Shown here piece by piece: positions 36,545 through 45,709 of a stretch of DNA of 64,000 nucleotides. The notes beneath the pieces were generated by a model. That model was not told the origin of the DNA, made no database searches, and saw only the letters and a program-made list of their open reading frames with translations. The translations under genes and the position numbers were made by a program. How positions within the stretch are numbered: the first letter of the stretch is position 1; the number at the start of each line of letters is the position of its first letter. This stretch comes from an uncultured virus (IMG/VR IMGVR_UViG_3300009177_000003) (Duplodnaviria > Heunggongvirae > Uroviricota > Caudoviricetes): IMG/VR virus record IMGVR_UViG_3300009177_000003. The stretch is one strand, 5' to 3'.

Positions 36545-37978
36545 ATGAGCGGCACCACCTCCGTCCCGGCCCCGAGTTTCACCGACAAGGGCTTCGTCCC
36601 TCCGGCAGAGCCGGACATCCTCGCGGGCGTCCTGGCCGACATCAACGCGGCGTTCGGCGGCCGGCTCAATACCGCGCTCGAAACCCCGCAGGGCCAGCTC
36701 GCGTCCTCGCTCACCGCCATCGTGGGCGACAAGGATGCGCAGTTCGCCGCCCTGGCGAACGGTGTGGATCCTGCGTTCGCTTCCGGGCGGATGCAGGACG
36801 GCATCGCGCGCATCTACTTCCTCACGCGCCAGCCGGCCGAGCCGACGACGGTACAGGTGCGGTGCACCGGGCTGGCGAACACGCCGATCCCAACCGGTGC
36901 GCTGACGCAGGCGCAGGACGGCACGATCTACGCCTGCACCGAGGGCGGCACGATCGGCGCGGACGGCACCGTGGTGCTGCCCTTCGCCGCCACCGTGACG
37001 GGGCCCATCTCCTGCCCGGCCGGAACGCTCAATCAGATCTATCAGTCGGTGACTGGGCTCGATCTCGTCGTCAACGACGCCGACGGTGTGGCTGGGAATG
37101 ACGTAGAGAGCCGTGCCGCCTTCGAGGCGCGTCGTGCCGCCTCGGTGTCGATCAATGCGCAGGCCACGGTCAGCACGATCCAGGCGGTCGTGCTCAACGT
37201 GCCGGCCGTGCTCGACGCCTACACGACCGAGAACTACACGGCCAACCCGCTCGTCTCGGACGGCGTGACCATCCCGGCGCGCTCGATGTACTGCTGCGTT
37301 GCCGGTGGCGACCCGCAGGCGATCGCGCAGGCGATCTGGAGCAAGAAGCCGCCGGGCTGCGGCATGGCGGGCAACCACACCGAGACCGTGGTCGACTCCC
37401 GCTCGGGCTACAGCGCGCCGCTGCCGAGCTACCAGATCACCTTCCAGATCGCCGCGCCGCAGACCTTCGTCGTGCTGGTGACGCTCAAGAACAACCCCGG
37501 CATTCCCGGCTCGGTGCAGACCCTGGTGGCGAACGCTGTGCTTGCCGCGTTCAACGGCACCGACGGCGGGCAGCGTGCGCGGATCGGCAGCCAGATATTC
37601 GCCTCGCGGTTCTATGCGGGCGTTGCCAGCCTGGGGTCCTGGGCAGAGATCGTCAGCATCAAGCTCGGCAGCACCGGAGCACCCGCTGCCGCGTTCACCG
37701 CCGCGATCGCGGGGACGGTGATGACTGTCTCGGCGGTTGCCTCGGGGACGCTCGCGGTCGGCCAGACGGTGGTCGGCGCCGGGTTGCCCGACGGTGTACT
37801 GATCACTGCCGGCCTTACCGGAACGGGCGGTCCGGGCACATACAGCATCAACCTGCCGCAGACGATCGCCTCGGAGGCGATGAGCGCGGTGACCGCGACG
37901 CTCGATCTGATCGCTGTCGGGATTGCGCATGTGCCCGTGCTCGGCGCGCCCAACGTGCAGGTCTCGGTGGTGGCCTGA
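36545..37978 (+). CDS. Baseplate J-like protein
   Basis: TPQGQLA, GRMQDGIARIYF, ESRAAFE.RR. Confidence 0.85.
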   Translation: MSGTTSVPAPSFTDKGFVPPAEPDILAGVLADINAAFGGRLNTALETPQGQLASSLTAIVGDKDAQFAALANGVDPAFASGRMQDGIARIYFLTRQPAEPTTVQVRCTGLANTPIPTGALTQAQDGTIYACTEGGTIGADGTVVLPFAATVTGPISCPAGTLNQIYQSVTGLDLVVNDADGVAGNDVESRAAFEARRAASVSINAQATVSTIQAVVLNVPAVLDAYTTENYTANPLVSDGVTIPARSMYCCVAGGDPQAIAQAIWSKKPPGCGMAGNHTETVVDSRSGYSAPLPSYQITFQIAAPQTFVVLVTLKNNPGIPGSVQTLVANAVLAAFNGTDGGQRARIGSQIFASRFYAGVASLGSWAEIVSIKLGSTGAPAAAFTAAIAGTVMTVSAVASGTLAVGQTVVGAGLPDGVLITAGLTGTGGPGTYSINLPQTIASEAMSAVTATLDLIAVGIAHVPVLGAPNVQVSVVA

Positions 37979-38544
37979 TGGAGAACGTCGATCAGACTGT
38001 AATTTCGCAATATAATCAGGCGCCCACACTCACGCTGCTGATCGAAGCCTTCAACCAGTGGATCGATCCCGCCGCGGACATCGACGCCTTCTATGACCTG
38101 CTCTGGAACGTGGATACCGCGGTCGGCTACGGCCTCGACGTCTGGGCGCGCATCGTCGGGGTCGGTCGCGTGCTGGCGGTGGCTGGAACCAAGTATTTCG
38201 GCTTCGACGAGGCGACCAACGTCTCGGCGGATCCGTTCGGCCAATCGCCGTTCTATAGCGGACAGAAGCTGACCGACAACGTGATCCTCGACGATGAGGG
38301 CTTCCGCAAGCTGATCATGGCGAAGGCGGCGGCCAATATCAGCGACGGCTCGATCGCCGGGATCAACGCCGTTCTGCTGTTGCTCTTTCCTGGCCGGGGC
38401 AACTGCTACGTGACCGATGGGAGGGACATGACCATGACCTATCGGTTCCAATTCGCGCTGACGCCGCTGGAGGTCACCATCGCGCAGCAGTCGGGTATTC
38501 TGCCGAAGCCGGCCGGCGTGCAGGCGGCGGTGGTGCAAGCCTGA
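37978..38544 (+). CDS. Baseplate wedge protein (DUF2612-type)
   Basis: SQY, TAVGYGLDVW.RIVG, LPKPAGV. Confidence 0.85.
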   Translation: MENVDQTVISQYNQAPTLTLLIEAFNQWIDPAADIDAFYDLLWNVDTAVGYGLDVWARIVGVGRVLAVAGTKYFGFDEATNVSADPFGQSPFYSGQKLTDNVILDDEGFRKLIMAKAAANISDGSIAGINAVLLLLFPGRGNCYVTDGRDMTMTYRFQFALTPLEVTIAQQSGILPKPAGVQAAVVQA

Positions 38545-38545
38545 C

Positions 38546-39496
38546 ATGCAGATCACCGGCCTGCCATCCAAGTTCGGCGTCCCGTTCGCCAACGCTGCCG
38601 GCAGCAACTACATCCGGCCAATCCCGCAGGCGTCGCAGATCGGCATCCAGCCCGGCGCGGCTAGCCTCACCGATGGTTTCCCGCCGGTCACCTTCCTACC
38701 GGTCGCAGCCGGCGGCACGCCGCCGTTCGGCCAGGACTTCAACGGGCTGCTGAACCAGATCACCGCCTGGGTCCGCGCGCTGACAGCGGGCATGGTGGTG
38801 CCGTTCGATGCGGGGTTTCAGGCGGCGATCGGCGGCTATCCGTTCAAGGCGCGCGTGCTGAGCGGCGTCACGGCTGGGCTGATCTGGGAAAGCCAGATCG
38901 ACAACAACCTGAGCAATCCCGACACCGGCGGCGCGAACTGGTCGGTCCCGGTGTTCGTCGATCCGAGCACCGCCGGGCTGATCATCGGCGCCGGGCCGAA
39001 CGGATCGAATATCAGGCTGCAGGGCACCGGCGCCGCGCCGAACAAGACCATCCGCGCATCGGGCGGCAACTTCCAGATACTCAACAACGCCTACGCGGCC
39101 ATACTCGACATGACCGACGCCGGCATCGCGACGACCAACGGCATGCGTGCGGCGATCGGTGCGTTCGGCAGCGGCGATTCCATTCGGGTGCCCAACCTCT
39201 CTGATTTCGCCTGGAACCCTGCCAGTCCTGGCTATCAGCGTCTGCCCAACGGTTTCATCATCCAATGGGGACGCTTCGTCTCGGTCACCGGCAATGCCGA
39301 CGTGTTCAACTGGCCTACCGCATTCCCGACCGGGCCGCTGATGATCGTCGGTTGCGACGATGGTTCGCAGATCGCCAGCGCGGGTTTCAACTTCATCGGC
39401 GCTGCGCAGGTCCGCATGTGGTGCGGCTTCCAGAACAACGGCACGCCGATCTACACGACCGGCACCGGCATCCTGTGGATCGCGGTGGGGTACTGA
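38546..39496 (+). CDS. Tail fibre protein
   Basis: GFPPVTF.P..AGG.PP.GQDFNG; C-terminal GYQRLPNGFIIQWG...WIAVGY. Confidence 0.85.
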   Translation: MQITGLPSKFGVPFANAAGSNYIRPIPQASQIGIQPGAASLTDGFPPVTFLPVAAGGTPPFGQDFNGLLNQITAWVRALTAGMVVPFDAGFQAAIGGYPFKARVLSGVTAGLIWESQIDNNLSNPDTGGANWSVPVFVDPSTAGLIIGAGPNGSNIRLQGTGAAPNKTIRASGGNFQILNNAYAAILDMTDAGIATTNGMRAAIGAFGSGDSIRVPNLSDFAWNPASPGYQRLPNGFIIQWGRFVSVTGNADVFNWPTAFPTGPLMIVGCDDGSQIASAGFNFIGAAQVRMWCGFQNNGTPIYTTGTGILWIAVGY

Positions 39497-40020
39497 TGGG
39501 AAAGTTCGCCAGCTATGACGCTTCGGCCGAGGCGCCGTATCCGGTGAACGGCTGGTATGACACCGATGCCATCGACTACCCGTCGTTGCCCGAGGCGCTG
39601 GTCGCGATGACCGAGGCGCAATGGGACGCGCGGATGACCGGCCAGTGGGCCTATGATGGCACCTCGCTGGTGCCGATCCTGCCGCCACCGCCGACACTGG
39701 CCCAACAGGCGCAGCTGATGCTGATCAACCCGGTGACCGTGCAGAGCACCGCGGTTCCCGAGCTCGACGGCGACTACGCCAACAACGAAAGCGTGCGCGG
39801 GCAGATCACCTCGATCGCATCCTCGATCAACGCCGGGCTCGGCCTGCCCGGCGGCGGCTCGACGTTCAACTGGCCCTCTGCCGACGGCACGATGCGGATG
39901 TGGCCGGCACCGCAGTTCACCGGCTACGCGCAGGCGATGATGAACTTCGTCTATGCCTGCGCGCAGGTCATGCAGGGGCACAGCGACACGCTGCCCTCGA
40001 CCACGCTGACGATCCCCTGA
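39496..40020 (+). CDS. Tail fibre assembly-like protein
   Basis: MGKFASYD...GWYDTD; coupled to the fibre gene. Confidence 0.7.
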   Translation: MGKFASYDASAEAPYPVNGWYDTDAIDYPSLPEALVAMTEAQWDARMTGQWAYDGTSLVPILPPPPTLAQQAQLMLINPVTVQSTAVPELDGDYANNESVRGQITSIASSINAGLGLPGGGSTFNWPSADGTMRMWPAPQFTGYAQAMMNFVYACAQVMQGHSDTLPSTTLTIP

Positions 40021-40388
40021 TGGCGACGACGCTGCTGCTGGATCGCTCGGCCTGGGATTTGGTGGTCGATGCGGCCGGCAACATCGCGATGGCGACCGAG
40101 CCCTACGCGATCGAGCAGGATGTGGCGAGTGCGGTGCGGCTGTTCGATGGTGAGTTATTTTACGACACCACCAAGGGCATCCCGTATTTCGCGGAAGTGC
40201 TAGGCCACGCGCCGCCGCTGCCGCTGTTCAAATCGCTGATCGAGAGCGCCGCGCTGACCGTGCCGCTGGTCGCGACCGCGCGCTGCTACGTCACCTCGCT
40301 CGAGAACCGCAAGCTCGTGGGCCAGATCCAGGTGGCCACCACCGACGGCACCGCGCTTGCGATCAACACAACTCTGGGCACCCCATGA
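40020..40388 (+). CDS. Baseplate wedge/sheath initiator (gp25-like)
   Basis: TLLLD..WDL..DA.GNIA...QDVASA.RLF.GE.FYD...GIPY. Confidence 0.8.
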   Translation: MATTLLLDRSAWDLVVDAAGNIAMATEPYAIEQDVASAVRLFDGELFYDTTKGIPYFAEVLGHAPPLPLFKSLIESAALTVPLVATARCYVTSLENRKLVGQIQVATTDGTALAINTTLGTP

Positions 40389-41005
40389 CCTTGACCTATG
40401 ACCCCCGCATCTTCCTGTGCGAGACCGAAGCGGCCGCGCGTTCGATCATCCTAACGCCCGAAGCCGGGCTATCGACCGAGGACCGATGGGAACAGGAAAC
40501 CGCGTGGCTCAAGGAGCGGATGTCGTTTCCCGAAGGTCTGGTCATCGACTACGGCTGCGGCATCGGCCGGCTGTCGAAGGTGATCGGCGACAGTAACTCG
40601 GTGCTCGGCGTCGATCTCTCCTGGTCGATGCGATCGCAGGCCGAGATGTATGTCCAGAGTGGCATATTCGGCGCGGTCAGCCCGACGATGCTGAGCTGTC
40701 TGGTCGCCGCCGGATTGCAGGCGTCGGGCGCGCTGTCGGTGTGGTGCCTGCAACACTGCCTACACCCCAAGCAGGACATCACCCTGCTCCATGCGGCGTT
40801 GCGCAAGGGCGGCGTGCTCTACGTGGTCAATCGGAATAATCGCTGCATCCCGGCGCGGCAGGATGGCGCCTTCATCTGGGCCGACGATGAGCAGCACATC
40901 GACACTCTGCTGACCGGCGGCGGCTTCCGCGTCGTGCATCGCGAAGCCATGCCCGAGACGCTGTGCGCGGCGGGCGCCGACTTCACGGTTCTCGCCCGCA
41001 TCTGA
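40385..41005 (+). CDS. Class I SAM-dependent methyltransferase
   Basis: VIDYGCGIGRL, GVDLS..M, WCLQH. Confidence 0.85.
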   Translation: MTLTYDPRIFLCETEAAARSIILTPEAGLSTEDRWEQETAWLKERMSFPEGLVIDYGCGIGRLSKVIGDSNSVLGVDLSWSMRSQAEMYVQSGIFGAVSPTMLSCLVAAGLQASGALSVWCLQHCLHPKQDITLLHAALRKGGVLYVVNRNNRCIPARQDGAFIWADDEQHIDTLLTGGGFRVVHREAMPETLCAAGADFTVLARI

Positions 41006-41009
41006 TCAC

Positions 41010-42044
41010 ATGGGAAATGGTTGGGCTGGGCTCTGCCGCCTCGGAGGCGTCGGAGACGATCTGATTGCCTCCTCTGTCCTGCCGACGCTGGCGCAGCGGT
41101 ACAAGGTCGAGGTGCTGACCCGCGAGCCGCAGGGCGCGGTGTTCGAGAATAACCCGCACGTCGCGAAGCTCACCTATCTGCGCGAGGGCGATCTGCCCGG
41201 CGATCAGCTCGGCTGGCAAGGCTGGTTCGTCAAGCGCAGCCACGAATACGAGTTCTTCGTCAACCTCTCGCACAGCTGCGAGACGCTGACCGCGCTGGTC
41301 GAGGGGCAGACGGCCTTCCATTGGCCGGCCGCCGCCCGGCGCGCGCTGTGCGACCGGAACTACCTTGAGGTCGTCCACGACATCTGCGGCGTCGATCACG
41401 ACTTCCGCCCCGCCTTCTACCCGACGGCGGCCGAGACGGCGCAGGCGGCGGAGACCAAGGCGAAGGTCGGCGAGCGTGTCATCGGCTGGTGCCTCGCCGG
41501 CACGCGGATCGACAAGCTCTATCCGGGCGCCGCGCTGGCGATCGCCCGCATCATCAAGGAACTCGACATCCCGGTTGTCCTGTTCGGCGCACCTGGACGC
41601 GAGCTGGAGCTGGCGCGGCAGATCTTGGCGCATGTCGAGCGCGTCAACGGCAGCACGCGCGGGCTTCATGCGGCGATCACCTGCGAGGCGTCGAAGGATG
41701 GACCCGCTGCCGACTGGCCGATCCGCCGCTCGCTCGCCCAGGCGCTCGCCTGCGATCTGCTGATCGGACCTGACACCGGGCCGATGTGGGCGGTGGCGAT
41801 GGCACCTCTGCCGAAGATCGTCCTGCTCAGCCACGCCTCGCCGAAGAACATCACCGCGCATTGGCTCAACACCGTCACGCTGCACGCCGATCCGCAGCGT
41901 GTGCCGTGCTGGCCGTGCCACCGGCTGCAGGAACGGGCCGACACCTGCACCCCGAATGCGGCCAACAACGGCGCCGCCTGCATCTCGGACATCAGCGTCG
42001 ATCGGATCGTCGTTGAAGCGAGCAACCTGCTGAAAGGAGCCTGA
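41010..42044 (+). CDS. Glycosyltransferase family 9 (heptosyltransferase-like)
   Basis: RLGGVGDDL, ENNPHV, DLLIGPDTGP, CWPC. Confidence 0.8.
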   Translation: MGNGWAGLCRLGGVGDDLIASSVLPTLAQRYKVEVLTREPQGAVFENNPHVAKLTYLREGDLPGDQLGWQGWFVKRSHEYEFFVNLSHSCETLTALVEGQTAFHWPAAARRALCDRNYLEVVHDICGVDHDFRPAFYPTAAETAQAAETKAKVGERVIGWCLAGTRIDKLYPGAALAIARIIKELDIPVVLFGAPGRELELARQILAHVERVNGSTRGLHAAITCEASKDGPAADWPIRRSLAQALACDLLIGPDTGPMWAVAMAPLPKIVLLSHASPKNITAHWLNTVTLHADPQRVPCWPCHRLQERADTCTPNAANNGAACISDISVDRIVVEASNLLKGA

Positions 42045-42046
42045 CC

Positions 42047-42442
42047 ATGCCTGCGATTTCAGATTATGCCGAGAAAGCGATGCTCGACTGGGTGCTGCTC
42101 GGCGCGACGCCGACGCGGCCGGCGGTGATCGGCGTCGGCCTCAGCACCGCGACGCCTGCCGCCTCTGCCGGCTCGGAGATCGGCACCGGCTCGGGCTACG
42201 CGCGACAGACCTGCACGTTCGGTGCTGCGGCCTCGCCGGCCGGGTCAAGCACGAACATCAACGCCATGACGTTCGGACCGTTCAGCAGTGCCTGCACCAT
42301 CCAGGGCATGCAGGTGTGGGACACGTTGGCGGCGACCGTCGGCAACGAGCTGTGGTATGGCCTGCTCGCCACCCCGCGCACCTTGGGCGTCGGCGACAGT
42401 GTGGTGTTCAACGCCGCCTCGCTGGTCATCACGCTGACCTAA
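42047..42442 (+). CDS. Small virion structural protein (fibre-associated)
   Basis: SDYAE, LSTATP, E..G.GYARQ, GNELWYG.L..PRT...GD. Confidence 0.7.
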   Translation: MPAISDYAEKAMLDWVLLGATPTRPAVIGVGLSTATPAASAGSEIGTGSGYARQTCTFGAAASPAGSSTNINAMTFGPFSSACTIQGMQVWDTLAATVGNELWYGLLATPRTLGVGDSVVFNAASLVITLT

Positions 42443-42448
42443 AAGGCG

Positions 42449-43972
42449 ATGCCGTACACCTTCGCCGATCGCGTCTGGTTCAACACCACGACGCTCGGTA
42501 CTGGCACGCTCACTGTCGGGACGCCGCTCATCTCGTATCAGGTGCCGGCGACCGCCGGCATCCCGAGCGGATCAGCGGTCAACTATACCATCGTTGACGG
42601 CGTAGGCTGGGAGGTCGGCAAAGGCGTCCTCACGAGCGGCACGCCATGGACGCTCTCCCGCGATACGGTCGAGGCTTCATCGGCGGGAGGTGCGAAGCTG
42701 TCGCTGAGCGGCAATGCCTCGTGCTTCCTGACCGTGACCGCCGCGATGTTGGCCGGTCAGCCCATCTCGGTGATGGCGTTCGGCGCCAAGGGCGATGGCG
42801 TGCATGATGATACCGGGGCGATCAATGATGCGATCGCGGCGGCGGGCGTGGTGTATATACCGGGCGGCGGCCGGCAATTCCTGGTCAGCGGCACGCTAAC
42901 GCTTCCGTCCAATGGCGCAATCATCGGTACAGAGGGCAAGGCCACCATCGTCACCGCGGCGGCAAACTTTCCGCTGATCCGCATCACCGGGCTCGACACC
43001 ACCGTCAAGAACCTGAAGATCTTCAACGCCAACAAGACCGGCGGCGCCGATATCCTGATCGATGTCGGGCCGACGACACCGCTGCAGCGGATCATCATCG
43101 AGGATGTCGAGGCAACTTCATCGTGGGGCTGCATCGCGGATACCGGTTCGGGCACGAACTTCTATGTCTCGACGTTCGTGCGCCGCGTGCGTTCGCTTTC
43201 CTGCCGTGGGGCGGACGCCTTCCGTCTAACAAGGATCTTTGGCTACCTCGTGATGGAGGACTGCTACGCCGATTTCATCAGCGTGTCGTCGCCGCTCTCC
43301 GACTTCAATGGTTTCGCGATCGACAATGCCTTGATCGGGGGGGCGGGCGCCAATCCGCCGGGACGAGCCTTCCTCACGCGGTGCTTCTCGGTCGGAAACT
43401 ACAGCGGCACCACGATCACCGGGAATAACGCGTTTCACTTCAACAATACGGGCGAGGTATGGCTGACCGACTGTCGTGCGGACTCGGTCGGCGGCTATGG
43501 CTTTGTGTTCGCCAACGTCAATCAAGTCCACATCGACAACTGCGGCTGCACCTTGGTCAACGGACCCGGCTGGACGTTCGACACCGTCTTGTATTTAGAG
43601 GCGTCCAATCTGCGGGTGTATGGCAGGAACGCTGGCGGTATTCCCGGCGCGGCCAACGCTCCCGGCATCTCGCTCCTGACCAACTGCGGCATCATGTCGT
43701 TCGTCAATCCCGTGATCTACGGGGTATTCGGCGACGGCATCAACATCCCTGGACAGATCGGGCCGATCAACATCACAGGCGGTCGGGTCATCGGTTGCAC
43801 CGGGTGGGGGATCGAGACCTCGGGCAGCTACGCGCTGCTCGGCGTCGGCCTGCAGCTTTCGACGAACAGCGCGGGCAACTACAACATTCTCGGGCCGATC
43901 CATTACCTCCGTGACACGCAGATCAACAGCGGCGCGGTCGTGGACGTGGGACCCGGTCCCGTCAGCGGATAG
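42449..43972 (+). CDS. Tailspike 1 (pectate-lyase-like beta-helix)
   Basis: FGAKGDGVHDDTGAI followed by beta-helix repeats; N-terminal ADRV...TTTLGTG anchor. Confidence 0.8.
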   Translation: MPYTFADRVWFNTTTLGTGTLTVGTPLISYQVPATAGIPSGSAVNYTIVDGVGWEVGKGVLTSGTPWTLSRDTVEASSAGGAKLSLSGNASCFLTVTAAMLAGQPISVMAFGAKGDGVHDDTGAINDAIAAAGVVYIPGGGRQFLVSGTLTLPSNGAIIGTEGKATIVTAAANFPLIRITGLDTTVKNLKIFNANKTGGADILIDVGPTTPLQRIIIEDVEATSSWGCIADTGSGTNFYVSTFVRRVRSLSCRGADAFRLTRIFGYLVMEDCYADFISVSSPLSDFNGFAIDNALIGGAGANPPGRAFLTRCFSVGNYSGTTITGNNAFHFNNTGEVWLTDCRADSVGGYGFVFANVNQVHIDNCGCTLVNGPGWTFDTVLYLEASNLRVYGRNAGGIPGAANAPGISLLTNCGIMSFVNPVIYGVFGDGINIPGQIGPINITGGRVIGCTGWGIETSGSYALLGVGLQLSTNSAGNYNILGPIHYLRDTQINSGAVVDVGPGPVSG

Positions 43973-43981
43973 GCGACAGTC

Positions 43982-45703
43982 ATGGCTTATGCCTTTGCTG
44001 ACAGGGTCTGGTGCTACACGCCAACCGTCGGGACCGGCACGATCACGCTCGGCGCGGCGGTCCTCAGCTATCGCACGCCGAGTGCGGCCGGCCTCGCGGT
44101 CGGGACCGATGTCTCCTACACCCTGATCGACGGGGTCTCGTGGGAACTCGGCACCGGCACGTTGGGCGCCACGACGATCACCCGCGATTTCGTCGAGAGC
44201 TCCTCGATTGGTGGTGGAAAGATCAGCCTGACCGGCAGTGCGTCGGTGTTCCTCACCGTCGCTGCCGGCTCGATGAATGCTGTCGCTGGGATCGCCAACA
44301 TAGCCGCGCTCCGCGCCAACACGACCTTTATGACCAACGTCGTGCAGCTGATGGGCTACTACGCGCCAGGGGACGGCGGCGAAGGCCGGTTCACCCTGAT
44401 CGACGCCGATACCACGTCGGCAGACAATGGCGGGACGATCATCGTCGATGCCGCTGGGCGGCGCTGGTATCGTGATGTTGGCGACAAGAAAGAGTTCTCG
44501 GCGCGGTGGTTCGGCGCCAAAGGCGACGGCACGACCGATGACACCGCAGCGATCAACGCCACGCTCGCGGCAGGGCGCGTGGCGTTTCTGCCGGGCCGAC
44601 CGGCGCAGTTCCTGGTCAGCGGTACACTCAATGTGCCGGATGGGGGCGCCGTCATCGGGCCGGAGAGCAAAGCGACCGTTGTCACGGCGGCGGCGTCCTT
44701 CCCGACGTTCACCCTCAATGGCACCGACGTCAGCCTCAAGCGATTGACCCTGCAAAACGCCGCTAAGACGGGCGGGGTCGACATTCTGCTCAACTGCGGA
44801 GCGGGCCCCGGGTTTGGGCTGGATCGCATCTATTTAGAGGACATCGAGAGCTTTAGTCCTTGGGGGTGTCTGGACGACACTGGCTCCGGCAACACAGCCT
44901 ACGTCTCGCTATATGCGACTCGCGTGCGCTCACGTTCAACCAGGGGCGCGCCCGCTTTCAATATCCTGCGTGGTTTCGCCTTCTTGCAGTTCGTGGATTG
45001 CTTGGCTGATTTTTTGCAGCAGCCGGTGGGCCTGTCGGACCATCCGGGTTTCGTTATCGACAACGCGGTCATCGCGACCTCGGGGCCGGTCGGCGGCGCG
45101 CAATTTACCCGGTGCTTTGCGAACGGCAACTCGCGCGGCGCGGCCATCACGGCGAATTGGGGATTCTCCTTCAGGAACACGAGCTCGATCTGGATGACCG
45201 ATTGCATGTCCGACTCGGTGGACGGCTATGGCTTCGTGTTCTCGAACATCAACCACATTCAGATCGAAAACTGCCTTGCGGGACTATCCAACGGACCGGC
45301 ATTTACGTTCGATACGTGCCTGTACGTAGAGGGATCGAATATCCGGGTGTGGGGCCGATCCATCAACGGCATCTCTGGAGCGCCGATAGCGCATGGTCTC
45401 TCGCTGCTGTCGCATTGCGGGTATGTGTCGTTCTCGAATCTGACCGTTGACGGCGTGTATGGCGACGGCATCAATCTGCCGACGCAGGACGCGCCGATCA
45501 ATATCACCGGCGGGCGGGTGGCAAACAACACGGGATGGGGCGTCAATACGAGCGGCAATTTTGCGCTGCTCGTGACCGGGATGCAGTTCCAGGCGAACGC
45601 CCAGGGCAACTACAACCTGAACGGTCCGGTCCACTATCTGCGTGCGTGCCAGATCAACAGCGGTGCGGTGATCGACGCGGGTCCTGGCCCCGTCAGCGGG
45701 TAG
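43982..45703 (+). CDS. Tailspike 2 (paralog of tailspike 1)
   Basis: WFGAKGDGTTDDTAAI; similar N- and C-termini; extra GYYAPGDGGEG domain. Confidence 0.8.
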   Translation: MAYAFADRVWCYTPTVGTGTITLGAAVLSYRTPSAAGLAVGTDVSYTLIDGVSWELGTGTLGATTITRDFVESSSIGGGKISLTGSASVFLTVAAGSMNAVAGIANIAALRANTTFMTNVVQLMGYYAPGDGGEGRFTLIDADTTSADNGGTIIVDAAGRRWYRDVGDKKEFSARWFGAKGDGTTDDTAAINATLAAGRVAFLPGRPAQFLVSGTLNVPDGGAVIGPESKATVVTAAASFPTFTLNGTDVSLKRLTLQNAAKTGGVDILLNCGAGPGFGLDRIYLEDIESFSPWGCLDDTGSGNTAYVSLYATRVRSRSTRGAPAFNILRGFAFLQFVDCLADFLQQPVGLSDHPGFVIDNAVIATSGPVGGAQFTRCFANGNSRGAAITANWGFSFRNTSSIWMTDCMSDSVDGYGFVFSNINHIQIENCLAGLSNGPAFTFDTCLYVEGSNIRVWGRSINGISGAPIAHGLSLLSHCGYVSFSNLTVDGVYGDGINLPTQDAPINITGGRVANNTGWGVNTSGNFALLVTGMQFQANAQGNYNLNGPVHYLRACQINSGAVIDAGPGPVSG

Positions 45704-45709
45704 GTTCAC

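Noticed and set aside
9965..38029. Long antisense ORFs (9965-13033, 20638-22119, 27998-30244, 31431-33359, 35720-38029)
   Set aside because: Shadow ORFs opposite well-supported high-GC genes, with no recognisable motifs.
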